Part shown: piece after piece, positions 1 to 14,400 of the stretch
How the letters are laid out: each line of letters begins with the position of its first letter
Numbering within the stretch: the stretch's first letter is position 1
Assembly (NCBI GenBank): GCA_038087875.1
Contig: CM075992.1
Span: forward strand, 7,938,001 to 8,002,000
Length of the DNA: 64,000 nt
Direction: 5' to 3'
From: Malacoraja senta
Taxonomy: Eukaryota
Position numbers and translations under genes: made by a program
The notes under the pieces: generated by a model
Told to the model about the DNA's origin: nothing
Database searches by the model: none
What the model saw: the letters and a program-made list of their open reading frames with translations, nothing else

Positions 1-477
1 TGGCAGTCTGGTATTATCAGCAAAACATTTCTGTCATTCATTCCCATCAACTTGTAGTCTGGAGAATGCTGTTTGTATTATCCAAGCAACACATTTTCAC
101 AACTTGCATTTTGTATTCTTCGCTGCTCCTCTCTCCTGAAAGCAATAACCCATGACGTGGTAATCAATGCAATAAAGAAAACTGAAACATTTGCAAAAGT
201 CTTCAGCCAGAATTGCCAAATAGATGATCCATCTCAGCCTCCTCCAGTGGTCCCTAGTATGATAGATACCAGTCTTCAGCCAATTCGATTCACGACATAT
301 CACAAAATGGCTAAAGGCACTGGGTAGAGCAAACGTTATGGACCCTGACAACATTCTAGCAATAATACTGAAGACTTGTACTCCAGAACTTACTTTGCCC
401 TAAGCCAAACTGTTCTAATACATCAACAACACTGGCATTTACCTGACAATGTGGAAAATTGCTCATGTATCCACATA

Positions 478-975
478 GTCAGAAACATATAGCACAAAAC
501 ACGGAAAAAGGCCCTTCGGCCCAACAAGTCCATGCTGACTAAGATGCCCTATCTAAGCTACACCCATTTGTCCACATTATGATTCTATTATTCCAAGCCT
601 TTCCTATCAATGTATCTGTCCAAATGACTTTTAAATGTTGTTCTTGAACCTGCTTCAACTATTTCCTCTGGCAACTCGCTCCATCTACCCACCACACTGC
701 ATGTGAAAAATCTGCCTCTCAGGTTCTTATTAAATCTTTCCCTTCTCACCTTAAACCATTGCCATTGCATTATTGATCCCCCTACGGGAGTGAAAAAACT
801 GTGCATTCATCATTTCTATCCCCCTCATAATTTTATACACTTCCACAAGATCATCCTTCAGCCTTCCTGTGCTCCAAGGAATAAAGTCCTTTCCTGCCCA
901 ACCTCTCCCTATAACACAGACTCTCGAGTCCTGGCAAAATGTTCACATTTTCTCTGCATTCTTTCCAGCTGAATG
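478..975 (-). mobile_element. CR1/HER1-type LINE 3' fragment
   Basis: FKVRRERFNKNLRGRFFT..VVGRWSELPEEIVEA..FKSHLD C-terminal motif, plus GGGCCGAAGGGCC-like 3' end. Confidence 0.85.
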
Positions 976-1657
976 GCATCTTCCCTTCGAGACAACACTG
1001 CCATTCATTATGATCATGGCTGATAATCTAAAATCAGTACCCCGTTCCTACTTTTTCCCCATTCCCTTGATTCCTTTAGCTCCAAGAGTTAAATGTAACT
1101 CTCTTGAAAACATCCAGTGTCATCTGCAAAACACAGCCAATTGCCACAAATGTAGTCTACTTTCAATAATCAAAGTGATAGAAGGGATAGTCAATAGTAC
1201 GGACATGCTGTATGTTCTTAGATCAACCTGCTCACAGGCACTCAGTTCATAACCTCCTTCGAGCCTTGGTACAAACATGGAAAAAAAGGTTGAACTCCAA
1301 AGGTGAAGCGAGAGTAATTACCCTTGACATCAAGGGGTCTTGGCCAAATTAGAGACAATGTACATCACGGGAAAACCCACTATCGGTTGGAATCATATTC
1401 AGGACAAAGAAAGACGGTTCGAGGTCAACCATTTCAACCAGAGGATATCACTGCAGTAGTTCCTCAGGGTGACGTCCCAGGCCCAACCATCTTCATCTGT
1501 GTCATCAATAACCTTCCTTCATCAGCTCAGAGATAGGGGTGTTCGCAGATCATTGAAGCACCTTATCTTCACATCCAAATTCAGCAAAACTTAAGACAAT
1601 ATCCAGGCCTGGGTTGATGGGCAGCAAGTAAAATTTGCACCTCAAGTGCCAGGTAAT

Positions 1658-1867
1658 AAGTGTGTAAGAAGAAACTGCAAATGCTGGTTTAAACCAAAGA
1701 TAGACACAAAAAGCTGGAGTAACTCAGCGGGACAGGCAGCATCTCTGGAGAGAAGGAATGGGTGACGTTTTGGGTCGAAGAAGGGTCTTGACCCGAAACG
1801 TCACCCATTCCTTCTCTCCAGAGATGCTGCCTGTCCCGCTAAGTTACTCCAGCTTTATGTGTCTATC
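1658..1867. mobile_element. Palindromic Penelope-derived short element with 11-bp TSD
   Basis: About 80-bp inverted arms (agatagacacaaaaagctggagtaactcagc... / ...gttactccagctttatgtgtctatct), flanked by TGCCAGGTAAT at 1647 and 1868. Confidence 0.8.
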
Positions 1868-2499
1868 TGCCAGGTAATGATAATATCCAACAAGAAATTA
1901 GCTAGAAATATGACCATCAATGGCATTACCATCACCAAATTCCCCACAATCAATATCCTGGGGTCACCATTGACCCAAAAATTGAACTGGAGTAGTAATT
2001 TGCACAATGTGCCTATGTGCAGGCCAGAGGCTAGAAGTCCTGCAGCAAGTAATTCACCTAACTCACCAAACCCTGTGTATGGCTCAAGCCACTGGTATGA
2101 TGGAATACTTTCCACTTGCCTGGATGAGTGCAGCTTTAACAACACTCAAGAAGCTCATCACCATAATGAGAAAGCAGCCCACCTAATAGACACCCCAGCC
2201 ATGACCTAGTTTCTCCACCGAAACTCACAAAACCTCCTTAGATGGCACATTCCAAATCCACAACCCCTATCAGTTAGATGGGACTAACATGAACGAGTTG
2301 GACCAAAGAGCCAGTTTCTGTGCTGTATAACTACGACATTATATCTCTAAAGGGTGCACTTAGATTTCCAGAAAGTACCTAATTAGATGGTACAACAAAG
2401 ATTTTATGGAAAAAAAGCAGCTCATGGCACAGGAAGAATAATATTGGTGTGCAATTGACAATGCTAAGACAGAAAATAAGTTCAAAGCAGACAAAGAGC

Positions 2500-2940
2500 T
2501 ACACATGGATATAGATAGGTTAAGTGAGTGGGTAAAGTGGTATAAAATTAAGTGCAATGTGGGGAAAATATGAAATTATACCATTTTGGCAGGAGAAAAA
2601 AGGTGCATATTATCCAAATGGTAAGAGATTGCAGAGCTCAGAGGTGTTGAGGAATTTAGGTATCTTATTGCAAAAGGTTAAAATACAGATAGTAGTAAAC
2701 AGGAAAGCCAACAGAGTTTCCCACTCTAAAACTGTTCCACAAAACAATGTGAAAGCAGTCTTTGAATATTTTTTAATGCAGAAGGTAGATAGAATCTTGC
2801 TGAACAAAATGTTGAAAGTTTGCTATAGGAGACATAAATTAACAATTAAAGTTATACTTAAATCAGCGTGATGTTAAATGGTGAAGCAGGCTTAGAGTCT
2901 AAGTGGCCTACTCTTGCTCCAAATTTGTACATTTGTCTAT
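2500..2940 (+). mobile_element. Old degenerate CR1 fragment
   Basis: DIDRLSEW and YYPNGKRLQSSEVLRNLG remnants, plus a degenerate CR1 3' UTR. Confidence 0.6.
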
Positions 2941-3176
2941 ATGACAACCGGCAGAAGAAAAATCAATGCTAGCTAGAATTTTGTACAGTTATGTACTTTC
3001 CATAATTCAGAGCTTGAAGGACTCAAACAATTCTTTTGACAAATGGAAACTACATTTGAAACGGTTGATTACGGTAGATAAGATGTAGGCCCTGACAGAA
3101 TTAGATGCCATCCAGAAATTTTTCAAACCTCAATACACTTCAACAAATTTCAGATACTACTGCCAATGAGCCTAAT

Positions 3177-4030
3177 TTGATTTGATTTGATTTCATTTCT
3201 TGTCATTTGAACCTCAAAGAGGCTCAAACGAAACTCCGTATCCACAGCCATACAAACAAAACAATTCCTCCACGACACACAAACAATTCAATTTACAGAA
3301 AAACATCCATCACAGTGAATCTCCTCCTCACTCTGATGGAAGGCAAAGTCATTTCTCTCCCCTGCACCATTTTTCTCCCGATGTTGAAGCCCCAGGCGGG
3401 CAATGTTAAGTCCCACGGCCGTTGAGGCCGCGCCGGGCGGTATACAGCTTCGCTCCGGGCCCAAAGTCACAAGTTGGAGCCCCGGCGGCCGCTGGAATGT
3501 CCCACGGCTTTAACATTAAAGCCGCGCCGGGCGATTTACGGCCCCGCTCCGGGTCGTTCCAACCCTGCGACTCGAGCTGGAGAAGTTGCGTTGCGGGAGC
3601 TCCGGAAAGCGGTCTCTCACCCGGACCCGCGAGCTCCCGATGTCCCAGTCCACGGGTCTGCAGCTGGAGCTCCGGAGTGAGCAGCAACGAGTCACCACCG
3701 CTCCCCGCGTTCCGAGGACGGCCAGCCCCACGATGGTAAGTCCGCAGCTCCACAGGCTCCGCGACTGGAGCCCGCAGGTCGTCCCGGTCGGAGGCCGCTC
3801 CACGGAGCTAGGCCCCAACGACAACGGAGACCCGACAGGGAAAAGGTCGGGTCTCCCGTGCAGGGAATAGATTTTTTTAAAGTTTCCCCCTCCCCCCACA
3901 TATACACAATTAAAACAGTACAAAAAAAACACAAACAACTACATTTAACTAGACAATTTTTTTTATTTTTTTTAAGACAGACGGGCTGTAGGGGCCGCTG
4001 CAGTAATCCGCGCCGCCGCACTACTTAATC
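3177..4030 (-). mobile_element. GC-rich non-autonomous retroposon with (TCAAA)n tail
   Basis: (TTTGA)n at 3177, CpG-rich body with sharp borders against AT-rich flanks, CCTAAT on both sides; family not identified. Confidence 0.5.
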
Positions 4031-4894
4031 AACCTAATCTAAAAAGCAAGACCAAAATTTAATTAAGTGGCAGTTTATTGCATCTTAGATTATTAGCTTT
4101 ACATTAAAACTCCAAATATCCTGTATGCTCGGGATTCTTATGGTGCCAGATTTTGGATGTTATCCCGATTCATTCCCAAATTAAAAACACTTTTAATTCA
4201 CTTTTTGTAGATGTTACACAACAATGTAATAAATGTACCCGTAAATCCAGCAACGTTCATGGAAGCTTGGAAACCGGGGCCCCAGCGAGGTTCATGGAAG
4301 CATGGAACCAGGGCCCAAACAAACCAGATGCTGAAACAATGGCATCTCCAAACAGTCAGATATGTCATTACCAGAGTTTTGCTGTATTATAAAACAGTAA
4401 TTTATGGTGAGGAGATACACAAGTTGGAGATGCACACTCACCCATTTTGTAAGGTCAATCTCTTTACTGTTTGTCATCAGCATCCTCAGACTGTCAAGAA
4501 CTTATTGAATTTTTGCCATAAGCACAAATCAATCTTGCATTCGCCATTTAAGGATGGTACTTTAGGATCAGGATTCTGTCAGTGATGCAATTTATGATGT
4601 CAAATTTAAACTTTGGAGTTCCAGAAAACTGTGGAATCCCACTCCTGCAAAGAATCAGCTACTGGATTTTATTTTACATTTTTAACTTTGTTTTCATTTC
4701 CGTCTCCATCTTCCTGTTGTTGTATTATTTCTCTTTTGGAATCTAATCTGCTTCCAACATTCTTTCATTTGTTCCTCAAGTTCCTTTAGATAATGGAGAT
4801 AAGGCACTGAACCAGACATTAAAAAAAAAAAATACAATAGGAGCGGGAGCAGGCCACCTAGGGTCAAGTTAGTACAGTTGTAACTATGGCTTAA

Positions 4895-5193
4895 AGCCCC
4901 TGTCCCACTTACGTGTCCTAGGCATGTTAATTACGCGACCTCGTCGTCGCATTGAGGCACATGGGTATCGTGTGGGCCACGCGGGACGGTGGCATGGAGA
5001 AGCGGGGAGGGGTATGGAGTTGTGCGCGGTATCGTGCGGCGCTCCGGGATTTTGTAGCGTAACGAAATCTTCGCACGCCTCCGGCATGATGTAGCGTGTA
5101 CGCGTATTGCGGTCCCACGATACTCGTGCGCCTCAACGCGACGACGAGGTCGCCTAATTAGCGTGCCCAGGACACGTAAGTGGGACAGGGGCT
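4895..5193. mobile_element. PIF/Harbinger-type MITE
   Basis: Long TIRs agcccctgtcccacttacgtgtcc...ggacacgtaagtgggacaggggct, with TAA/TTA flanks. Confidence 0.75.
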
Positions 5194-6799
5194 TTACTGC
5201 AAAACGAAACAGAACACTGAAGACAAAACTTGTTTTATTTAAGCAATTTCAGGAAGTCAGAAGGAACTCTCCTGCATATCTGCTCAAAAAGATTTCCAGT
5301 GACCACCAAAAATAACCATACCCAAGATGTGCTCCCAATCATAAACTAGTCCTGCTTCAAGTAATCTAATTAAAGTTGTTTGTAAAATTGCCATACTGAT
5401 CAATAATCAATTTCATAAAATATGCTAAATTTGTCCTAATGCCTGTAAAATTGAGAAGAATCAACATTACATATGAGATTACACTAATTATAGTGCATAT
5501 TTTGATGAAAGCTCATTGTTAATTTTTATTTCTCTCTGTATTTCCACTTAATATTTTTACTTCATATTTTCAGCATCCACAGTATTTTCGTGCAATTGCC
5601 AACATTGTTAAACTTTATTTTGTTCTGGATATATTTTTGAATTGGTGTATCAATACATAACTTCATTGATCATCAAAATATATGGTGAGAAATGCCATTT
5701 ATCCTTCCACAGACAAATATAATATTTAAGTTCAAAGAATTACAAAAATGTAGAAAAAACATAAGAAGCAGTACACATATGAAATTCAATCACAGCAGTT
5801 CCTAGTAACTTTAGTCATCAAATGATAATTGCTATTTGACCATCTTCCCTCTCAGACCTCTACCTACCTTTGAGCAATTCCAAACATTGTATACCCAGCG
5901 AGGGCAAGAGGTTACTAGTCTATGAATACATTTCCTGTGCCTGGAAGATGCCTCAACCAATCAAACCACTGTCACAAGACTTGGGCTAAGCCAGGCAGAC
6001 CACAAAATTGAGGCTAACCTCAAGCATCCCATTCAAGGCTGCGACCAAGCATCATTTAGAATCATTAGGCTTCAGCTAAGAGAATGAGGCAAGTCAAAGT
6101 ACAAAAATAAATAAATGCATGAAACAGTAAATAGCAAACAAATAATGTTTAAGTTAAATAATTCAGTCAATAATAAACTTAATTCTTGGGGTATCCAAAC
6201 ATATTTGGTGTATGTAGATTTACTGAGTGGCAGATACAACTGTATGAGTCACTGCACAATCATTTGACCCACTTAGAATGCAGAGTCAAGACTTCAATCT
6301 CATAGGAACCACCTCTCCTGATCCTATATCAGACGAGGCTTGGTATAAGATCAGAAATGCTGTCAACTTAAATGGGGATTCTTGGCTGCTGAAACAGGCA
6401 AGCCAAGTTATTATTTTAGCTTAATCAACAAATTAAAAACTAATCAACCTAAGTGTTTTAACTTTAATAATAATAATAATAATAATAATGTTATTGTCAT
6501 TGCACATAGGTGCAACGAGGTTTGGTATGCAATGACAATAAAATCTTTAAATCTAATTAAATAATTTACATCAGTTTTAATAGTTTTTAAATTTACAAAT
6601 GCCTGAGCCACTTAAAAACTTAAATTTAACTGCCCAATATTATACCATCCAAGGTCTACCCCACTACCTGAACTACCCAAATCCCAGAAGTAAAGAGTCA
6701 GGAAGACTGGTGCTCCAGATCTGGCACGTCAGATTCAGAACCAGTCGACAACCATCCTTATTAATCTTATCTTCCAGCATATGGCTTGTCTAGAAACTT

Positions 6800-7140
6800 C
6801 TTACTGTCAAGCAACTGCTTTCACAACTTATTCAGACAGTGTATTCCAGGTATTCACTTTTCTCTGGGTAGTAAATGTCCCCCTCAATTCCGCTCTAAAT
6901 CTTGTAACATTTACCCTGTGTCCTTTAGTTTTTATCTCCAGCGGATAAGAGCAAAAAGGTTCCTGCAATCTACCCGATCTATACCTCTTAATTTTATATA
7001 CCTCAATCATGTCCCCTCTTAATTATCTCTGCTCCACAGAAGATAGACCTAGTCTATCCTCATAAAGGAAACACTCCATCCCAGACAAACATCCTAGTGA
7101 ATTCCCTCTTCATGCTCTTCAATGCCATCATATCTTTCCT
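6800..7140 (-). mobile_element. Old CR1 3' fragment
   Basis: MIEVYKI..KTKGHR..ELRGTFTTQRKVNTWNTL. Confidence 0.75.
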
Positions 7141-8829
7141 GTTGTGGATGGGCAGGGACACAAGATTCCAGAGAATTCTGACCCATTAAATTGCATATCT
7201 TAGGCTGATGGTATAAAAATAAACCAATCTCTGAATCACATTTGTTTCACAAATATGCAGCAGCCCTTTGTGAATACAAAGAACATTTATTGCTGATTTG
7301 CTGTATGATCAACCCTACTCCACTGCTTTAAAAGCAAACTTAACCTTCATGAACTTTAGCTTTATGTATAAACGTCCCTCCAATAAATTACAGAATTAGT
7401 TATTGCATTCCCATTATATTCTCAATGTATTATTCTGCTAAAAACCCAAGAATGCCAAGGTAAATATTTTCAACATAGAATACTCGAACATTTTTGGTTT
7501 TGCAAAAATGAAAATGAATTAAAAATCCTGTCTAATAGGATATTTAAAATTCCTCTCCCCCAAAGAAGCACAGCACATATTAAATCATCATATTCAATTT
7601 AATTTCTTACAATTACTCATGAATCCCAACAGCCATGGGAACATACACAGACCTTGAAATGTATTTAGACTTGCATTTTATTTGATATCTTGGCCCGAAC
7701 TATGAAAGGAACTATATTCAATGAAACTTCCATTCTGATTTTAGGAATTAACTAATCTATTCCTGGCAAATATAAAAATGCTAGTGAATGGAATTATAGA
7801 TTTAAATTTAGTATTAATTTCCAAAAATCTATACAAAACACAATCCTATCACAATTGGACTCCAAAGCAGTCAGAAAAGTAATTCCATTCAAAATAAAGT
7901 GCATCAGAGTAACTTCCCATCCTGTTATTACTCTTCAAACAACCCTGCCATGAGAATCTGAGATGATCAGATTTTGTAACCAACTTTGCTGCAAATTGTA
8001 TTTCCTTGGGAAAAATTTGATTATCTAGCATCAAATAGATGATAACCAAATCTTCCTTACAAAGGGTCATTGACCTAAAATACTACTTGTCTTCACAGAT
8101 GCTGCTTAACCTGCATATTTCCAGTATTTTTGATTTCTATTATAGATTCAAAGCATCCATAGCGCAAGAAATTATTTGCACCACTTCTATTCATGACCAT
8201 ACTATTTTAAAAGAAAAATTACAAACACGATTTAGCACTCAAATATTCTAATAGCTACTTCAAATATTCTCCAAGGCATTACCAATGCTAGAGCTCTGAA
8301 ACTTCTTCATATTGCCATTTAGATGCAGGAACCAGAAATATAACTGCTGAGTTGGCATTTCATCAAGTACAACAGTATGGTCCAGCCTATTACTATCCAT
8401 AAAACAATTATGCAACCAAATTATGAAAGTCTTCCAATAATATTAATGCGCTAGAAGCTTAAAAACAGCTACTGTCGTGCCCAATTGATGTCAACCAAAA
8501 TTGCATTTATCATATATGGTATTGAGAATTTTACTAGTTCATACAAATCAGCTACATGTCATTATTTGATAAAAAGACAGAATATCCTGAAAATTGAGTG
8601 GATGTCATCATTTAATTTTGACATATTTTGAACAGTTCTTTCAAACAGCTTTCTCAAATTTTCTGTTTCATCCTTAATCTAGGATGAAAAGAAACCAATT
8701 TCCAAAATCAAATGAATTTTGATACTACTTTTAGCAATGTTATTCTTTAAAATTTTCAACTTAATGAATTTAAGGAAAATTAGGCTAGTTGATAGTAGTT
8801 AGGTAATTAGTTAGTCCACACCATTTGTC

Positions 8830-9220
8830 TTCCCTATCCATCACCCCCCACTACTGTTCCATTCTTCCCACCACCCCTCCTGATTTTACATTTCACTTCC
8901 CACCTCTCTTCCTTATTGAATTCCACCATCTTCACCCTTTTGTCTTCATCACATATCAGCTCCAGCCTTGGTTACTATCTCCACCCTTCTGTTCCCCACC
9001 CAACATCTTCCAATCAACCCCTCTTACCTTGATCCATCTACCATTTGCCAGATCTTCCCCAACCCTTCCCCCATTCTACCAGCCATCTCCCCTCTACTAC
9101 CTCAGTCTAAATTAGGATCCCGAAATGAAAAGTCATCTATTTCCCTCCACAGATGCTGTCTGGCCTGCTGAGTTCCTCCAGCACATTGCTTTATGCTCAA
9201 CATTCCAACATCTGCAGCTT
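8830..9220 (+). mobile_element. Old Penelope-like 3'/pLTR remnant
   Basis: Pyrimidine-rich tract followed by degenerate cagtct..cccgaaa..gatgctg..ctgctgagttcctccagca, homologous to the younger copies. Confidence 0.55.
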
Positions 9221-11099
9221 GTCCTAGGTTAGTTGTTTGCTGTTGGATGGTGCTAAAAAAAAATCAAACGCCCTTTTCACATAGGATTCTGCAGCTTACA
9301 GCAAGTCAAATTCAGATCATAGGAAGTGAAAACCATAAATGGCTCTTAAAATGAAAATCTATGAAGGAGAGAAAATCCATCAAGCACATCAGTTCTGGGT
9401 AAGAGTTTATTTATTTTAGTAAAAACATCAAATATATCCCTCCATCAAAAAGTAGAACTGTAATAAGTAAGTTTTGTACTGGCCAGTGAATTGGCAGACT
9501 TCAGAAAATGTTCACATTAGCCAGTTAGTCTGCATTGTAGAGATGTGAACATAGCACCATGGTGAAAAATATCAATGTCATATGCAGGAAGGTTCAATTT
9601 TATTTCTAAAAGGCATGCATGTTATCACTAAATCACACTACATAAATCCTAGAATTACAACAAAATTCTGAGCAATATTGCTATTATTTTTTATAAGAAA
9701 AAAGGGACTTTTGGTAAAACTTTAAATGTGCAACATGCCCAGAAGCAGACTTTGTACAGACTGGTAAGCCCAGCTGCCATTGTTGATGATATACTATTTG
9801 AGTGAAAGGTCCAGGTTTTCATGACATTTTCCTTGAAGGTATGGAGAAATAAAACACTAACAGCAAGTATGAACAATATTTTCTGCTGCAAAAAACAGTT
9901 AATAATTGATTGCTAAATATGTTTTCAATGAAATAAAGCTTTATGTTGCTAGACATTAGGTAACATTTCACCCTGTACAAGTTTACTTCATATCTAAATT
10001 ATGACTTGTTGCACTTAGAAATAATAAAACATGCCATACAATTTTAAGGGTGCAGTGCAACAAAATTGGTAACTAAACATTTAAACTGAACTTATTCATT
10101 CCATATCATATTTGGAAATAATTAAGGCATGATGTCACCACATGGTTTTGCCACAAACTTTTGCAAAATACAGGGCACCACAAAATTCTATCCAGCTCTA
10201 CAGAATGTTATGCAGAACTATAATTACACCACAACTTGCAAATGAATATTGATTTTTTTTCCTGAATCTGTGATTATACCAACTAAGTTTATTCAAACAT
10301 TTGCTGTTGTGTTAACACAACCCTATCCAAAGTCATCTTAAGTGTTATTTTGCATTAGATAAGCTATCATTTAGGCTCCAGTTACAACAATATATTCAAA
10401 GAAAACAAGTAATCGCAGAACACATGAAGGTTTGGAGTGGATTTACAAATTTATTGAAAAGCAAACAATTTATTATTGTATGTATTTTAACATGGAATTT
10501 CCCATTGCATGATGCTCTGATCAGTTAGGTATGCATCATATTTCTCTATGAGATAAAAATTACTCTTCCGTCATTTTTTTTTAAACGCTGATCTTTTAAA
10601 GTATTTAAACAGTGCCTGAAAACAGCAATTGCCTTTATTGTGACTCTGTCCCCAAACTAATTAAAAATACTTCTCCATGGACTCATTAACGATCTTAGAA
10701 CAGACAAAAGCACAACTTTGTGAAATGATTACTAATCGTCGGTAATAAAGGGAAACGGGGAAACGGGGATGCTTTTGTCCTGAGATTTCTGCTGCTATTG
10801 TGCTGGTACAAAGCTTCCTAGATCTGCCATTTCCAGCCCAACGATCCCTTTTTCTGGCTTCCTACGTTCACACATTTGGTTGCCTCAGCCTCCCACTTCA
10901 TGAATACACTCAATTTTATATCTAATTCTTAGTGATACTTCGCAATCGAAATGCACTCAACTCCCAATACGATGACTTAAAAACACAGAAAACGTGCACA
11001 ACGAATTTCAACACAATTAGCTTCAAATGGTCGGAACAAACTGAGGGTCGCATTTGCACTTTTGACTAAAGTACTATTTTCAGCGTTGTAGTCGAGATC

Positions 11100-11310
11100 A
11101 CATTACTTTAAAATGCTTACATCGCTTCGACCAAATCGAGGAAAATAAACAACCGCGAACAGCAAATACCGACTCAAGTAGCAATCAGACTGCGGACCGC
11201 TCGGACGCGGTCGGCATGAGCCGGCGCCTGTTCCCTGACTCTTTCAGTCCTGACCCCACTAACATGGCGAGATACGTCTCTCACATTCTCAGTGGCAACG
11301 GGTGTTAAAT
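11100..11310. promoter_or_regulatory. Putative CpG-rich promoter / first exon
   Basis: Local CpG cluster in non-repeat AT-rich DNA; YY1-like AACATGGCG (11261-11269); RFX half-site TGGCAAC; minus-strand donor GAT|GTAAGC at 11121/11120. Confidence 0.5.
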
Positions 11311-11321
11311 GCATTTTTTCA

Positions 11322-11468
<147 letters not shown>

Positions 11469-14400
11469 TCAGCACAGAACTGGCCTCAAAACACAATATT
11501 GGGAAAATCAATGTGAAACACGAGTGTCAGCGGGTAGACCCCAATTTTCTTTTAAATCAGTACTCAAAGAATTTGTGACGGCTCCCGAATTCCAATTGCG
11601 ATAAAACATTTTTTAATTAATTTTAGTACATTTCACTGTCGGTATTCCAAAAATCCATAAATGTCAAGAAAAATATAGTAGGAATGCAATTAAAAGTATT
11701 TAGCTGCTCAAATGGTTAGTGTTGATACGTGACTGACAACCGATTACACACGCTCAAACACACCATTACATACTAAATAAACTATTAATAGCATTCTGAG
11801 CAGAATTTCCTCAGTTAGATTCACTAGACTTAAAAAACGCAACAAAGAAAAAACCCACACAATTCAACGCCTTGCCTGTGGAACTTTAAATTGAATTTAA
11901 TAATAAAAATGGCCATAAAGCCTGATATTGATTAAAGCTGTAACATACATCTATAGCCTGCAATATCTTTGTTGGACCTGGCCATAAGCAACTGATTACA
12001 TGTAGAACAAGTGAAACCAAATATAGTAAAACTGTTTTTGAAATGTTGGAAAGTATGATACCAGTAACCAGAGTTTTTACAATTATTTTAAAACTTCAAC
12101 ATTTCATTCAAAGCCATCTGTCTTGATGCCAGGATAGTTGTTGCTAAAGCCCAGATTATTACATTTATGAACCTTATATAAACTAACTCTTAAACAAGCA
12201 CAATCTCCAAAATAAAAGCTCAGAACTGCAAAATGTGTTTGCTGAAACATAAAGCCATTTTTTAAATTCATATCCAAAATTCATACACACATTTCAGTTG
12301 TAGCAAATATGTCATATTCAGTTTCAGACTAAGTGAATATTTGAAGTTAAGTATGCACAATTTATTCAATTATGTCCATATATCCCATTCCATTGCAGAA
12401 AAGTTATAATAACTCTCTGTCTACACTTCAATAATGTGGAACAATGGGAAATAGCTTTAAACAATAGACAAAATACTTTTAGAACATATCAATATTTTAA
12501 CAAAGTAACAAAGCGATAAAGCAAAGAAGAGCTGCACAACAGAATCATACAAATGATTTCCAATCCATTGAAATTTAATTAAATACCTAGAGTACATTCA
12601 CAGGTAAGCATTATTTCTGCACCTGAAAACCTCTATTCCAGAACTAGATAGCAAAATACAGGAACATACAGAGGGAAACAAACAACTACTGGGTGTTTTG
12701 AAAAGCTGCCAAAAAATTCAATGTTTCTATTTACATCTTACAAACTTGTTAGATGTAGTGGGCTGATTATGGAAAATTAAGTAAAAATAATAACCCAGGA
12801 AGTAATCTCCAATCAATCACAATATTGCATTATAGTTGCAGCAAACACTCTTTGAAAGAAAATTGGAAAACTTGTACAGAACATGATTATCCAATGAAAC
12901 TTTTCAAATCTTGAGGCAAACTGTGCCTCAAGCAAAGCCACAGCAACTCCACACAGCCTATGATATAGCAAGGATAATTCATAGGGCTTAGCAATGAAAA
13001 GATTAGGCTATAAAACATTTGTTTGCAAAAATCACAAAATGCATGGAAAATGCCAGTGTTATAAAACATAACTGTAAATAGTCATTAACAAATTAACAAC
13101 TCAAAACCACGTGGAAGTCACTGTTCAGTTTAACTTGGTTCAGTTAAATGAGAAACTATAGTAGTCTGCCACACAAATGTTGTAAAATGTACTCTCCACT
13201 CCCTAGATTTCTTTGCGACGATGTAATCTGCACCTTACAATGCTTCAACAAGCAAATCAATTATTCTTCCTTTCACTTTCTATTACTTAGCCAGCAGAAA
13301 ACTTTAGTAGTATCAGTAGTTGAAAATTACTACAATTAGCTGGTCTTCTAGTTATTATAATCAAATATATGCAGCAAGGTTAAATTTCATATTTAACATA
13401 GGATTTGAGATGGAGTAAAATTACACACTCATGAAAAATATCAAACCGACTCCTATCTTTTACATTAGTCCAGTTTCTTGAGCCACTACAATTTGTCAAT
13501 TTATTTTTAAACAAAACATTCAGTTAGTTACACCATCTTTAAATATTTAACTACATTGTGGTAAAACCTCTATGCTGCTATTTTCGATCTTTCAGGAAAA
13601 AAAAATTAAGAACTAGATAGAAATGGCTAATATAAACACCAAAAACAGAAAGACTGGCGGTGAATTTGTTCTGTGATCTTTTCACCATCTCAACATGCAC
13701 AATACAAAAGATAGGTTTCACAACAATGTAATCAAAATGAAGATTAAATTGTGTTTACCCAAAAGGAACAAATATTAATCATGGAAGCGCAGAGTTGTAT
13801 GTCAAACTTTTACTTTAAATAATAAAGATAGTATAACTAATGACATAGCCAATCACATACTTCTACAAAAACATAGCCAACAATGCAGATAGGCCTGGTC
13901 GAATTATACCACTTAAGGAACATCCCCACCTGGAAGACTTAAAACATTTTATCATAATAAAATTCCCCCACCTTGTACAAGAATCAGAATCAACAAATCA
14001 TTCAAACGAGGTGACAGCGAACACTGCATTAAAATCTAAATAAATAAGGTACATCGTACCGTTTATTAGAGAAATTAAAATGTAGTGTTCAAATTCAGTC
14101 ACTGCAATCCAGAAACAGAAATACAAATATGTTCAAAATCTGATATCCTACATTTAAACGGAAATAAACTATGATAGCATATTAACTGTAGTTGCAAACT
14201 ATCAGTTAATTACTCAAAAAATGGCAAAAGATTATAAATATCACATTTATTGCCTTATTTATATGATCGAATTGTATTATACAAAATTAAAATCAAACTT
14301 TTTTTTTTAAGCTTTTATATTTTGCTAATGCATGTTTGTGGCAAATGTTTATGAAACATCGTCAGAACAATGGGTATGGGTGGAGCAAGTAGGTTGCAAT

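Larger units (their letters stand above)
150..2290 (+). mobile_element. Heavily decayed old CR1-group LINE ORF2 (RT region), interrupted by younger insertions
   Basis: Scattered in-order motifs FSQNCQIDDPSQPPP..QPIRFT, GPDNI, GIYLTMWKIAHV, ITAVVPQGDVPGPTIF, INILGSPLTQKLNW, with many stops and frameshifts. Confidence 0.65.

Noticed and set aside
3400..4020. CpG island or gene with overlapping ORFs
   Set aside because: Bounded by a simple-repeat tail and a duplicated flank; ORFs in many frames reflect high GC
4153..4585. + strand ORFs of 79 and 124 aa
   Set aside because: No recognisable domain; includes a short internal duplication
7849..9891. Short ORFs in the AT-rich block
   Set aside because: No recognisable homology or consistent splice structure
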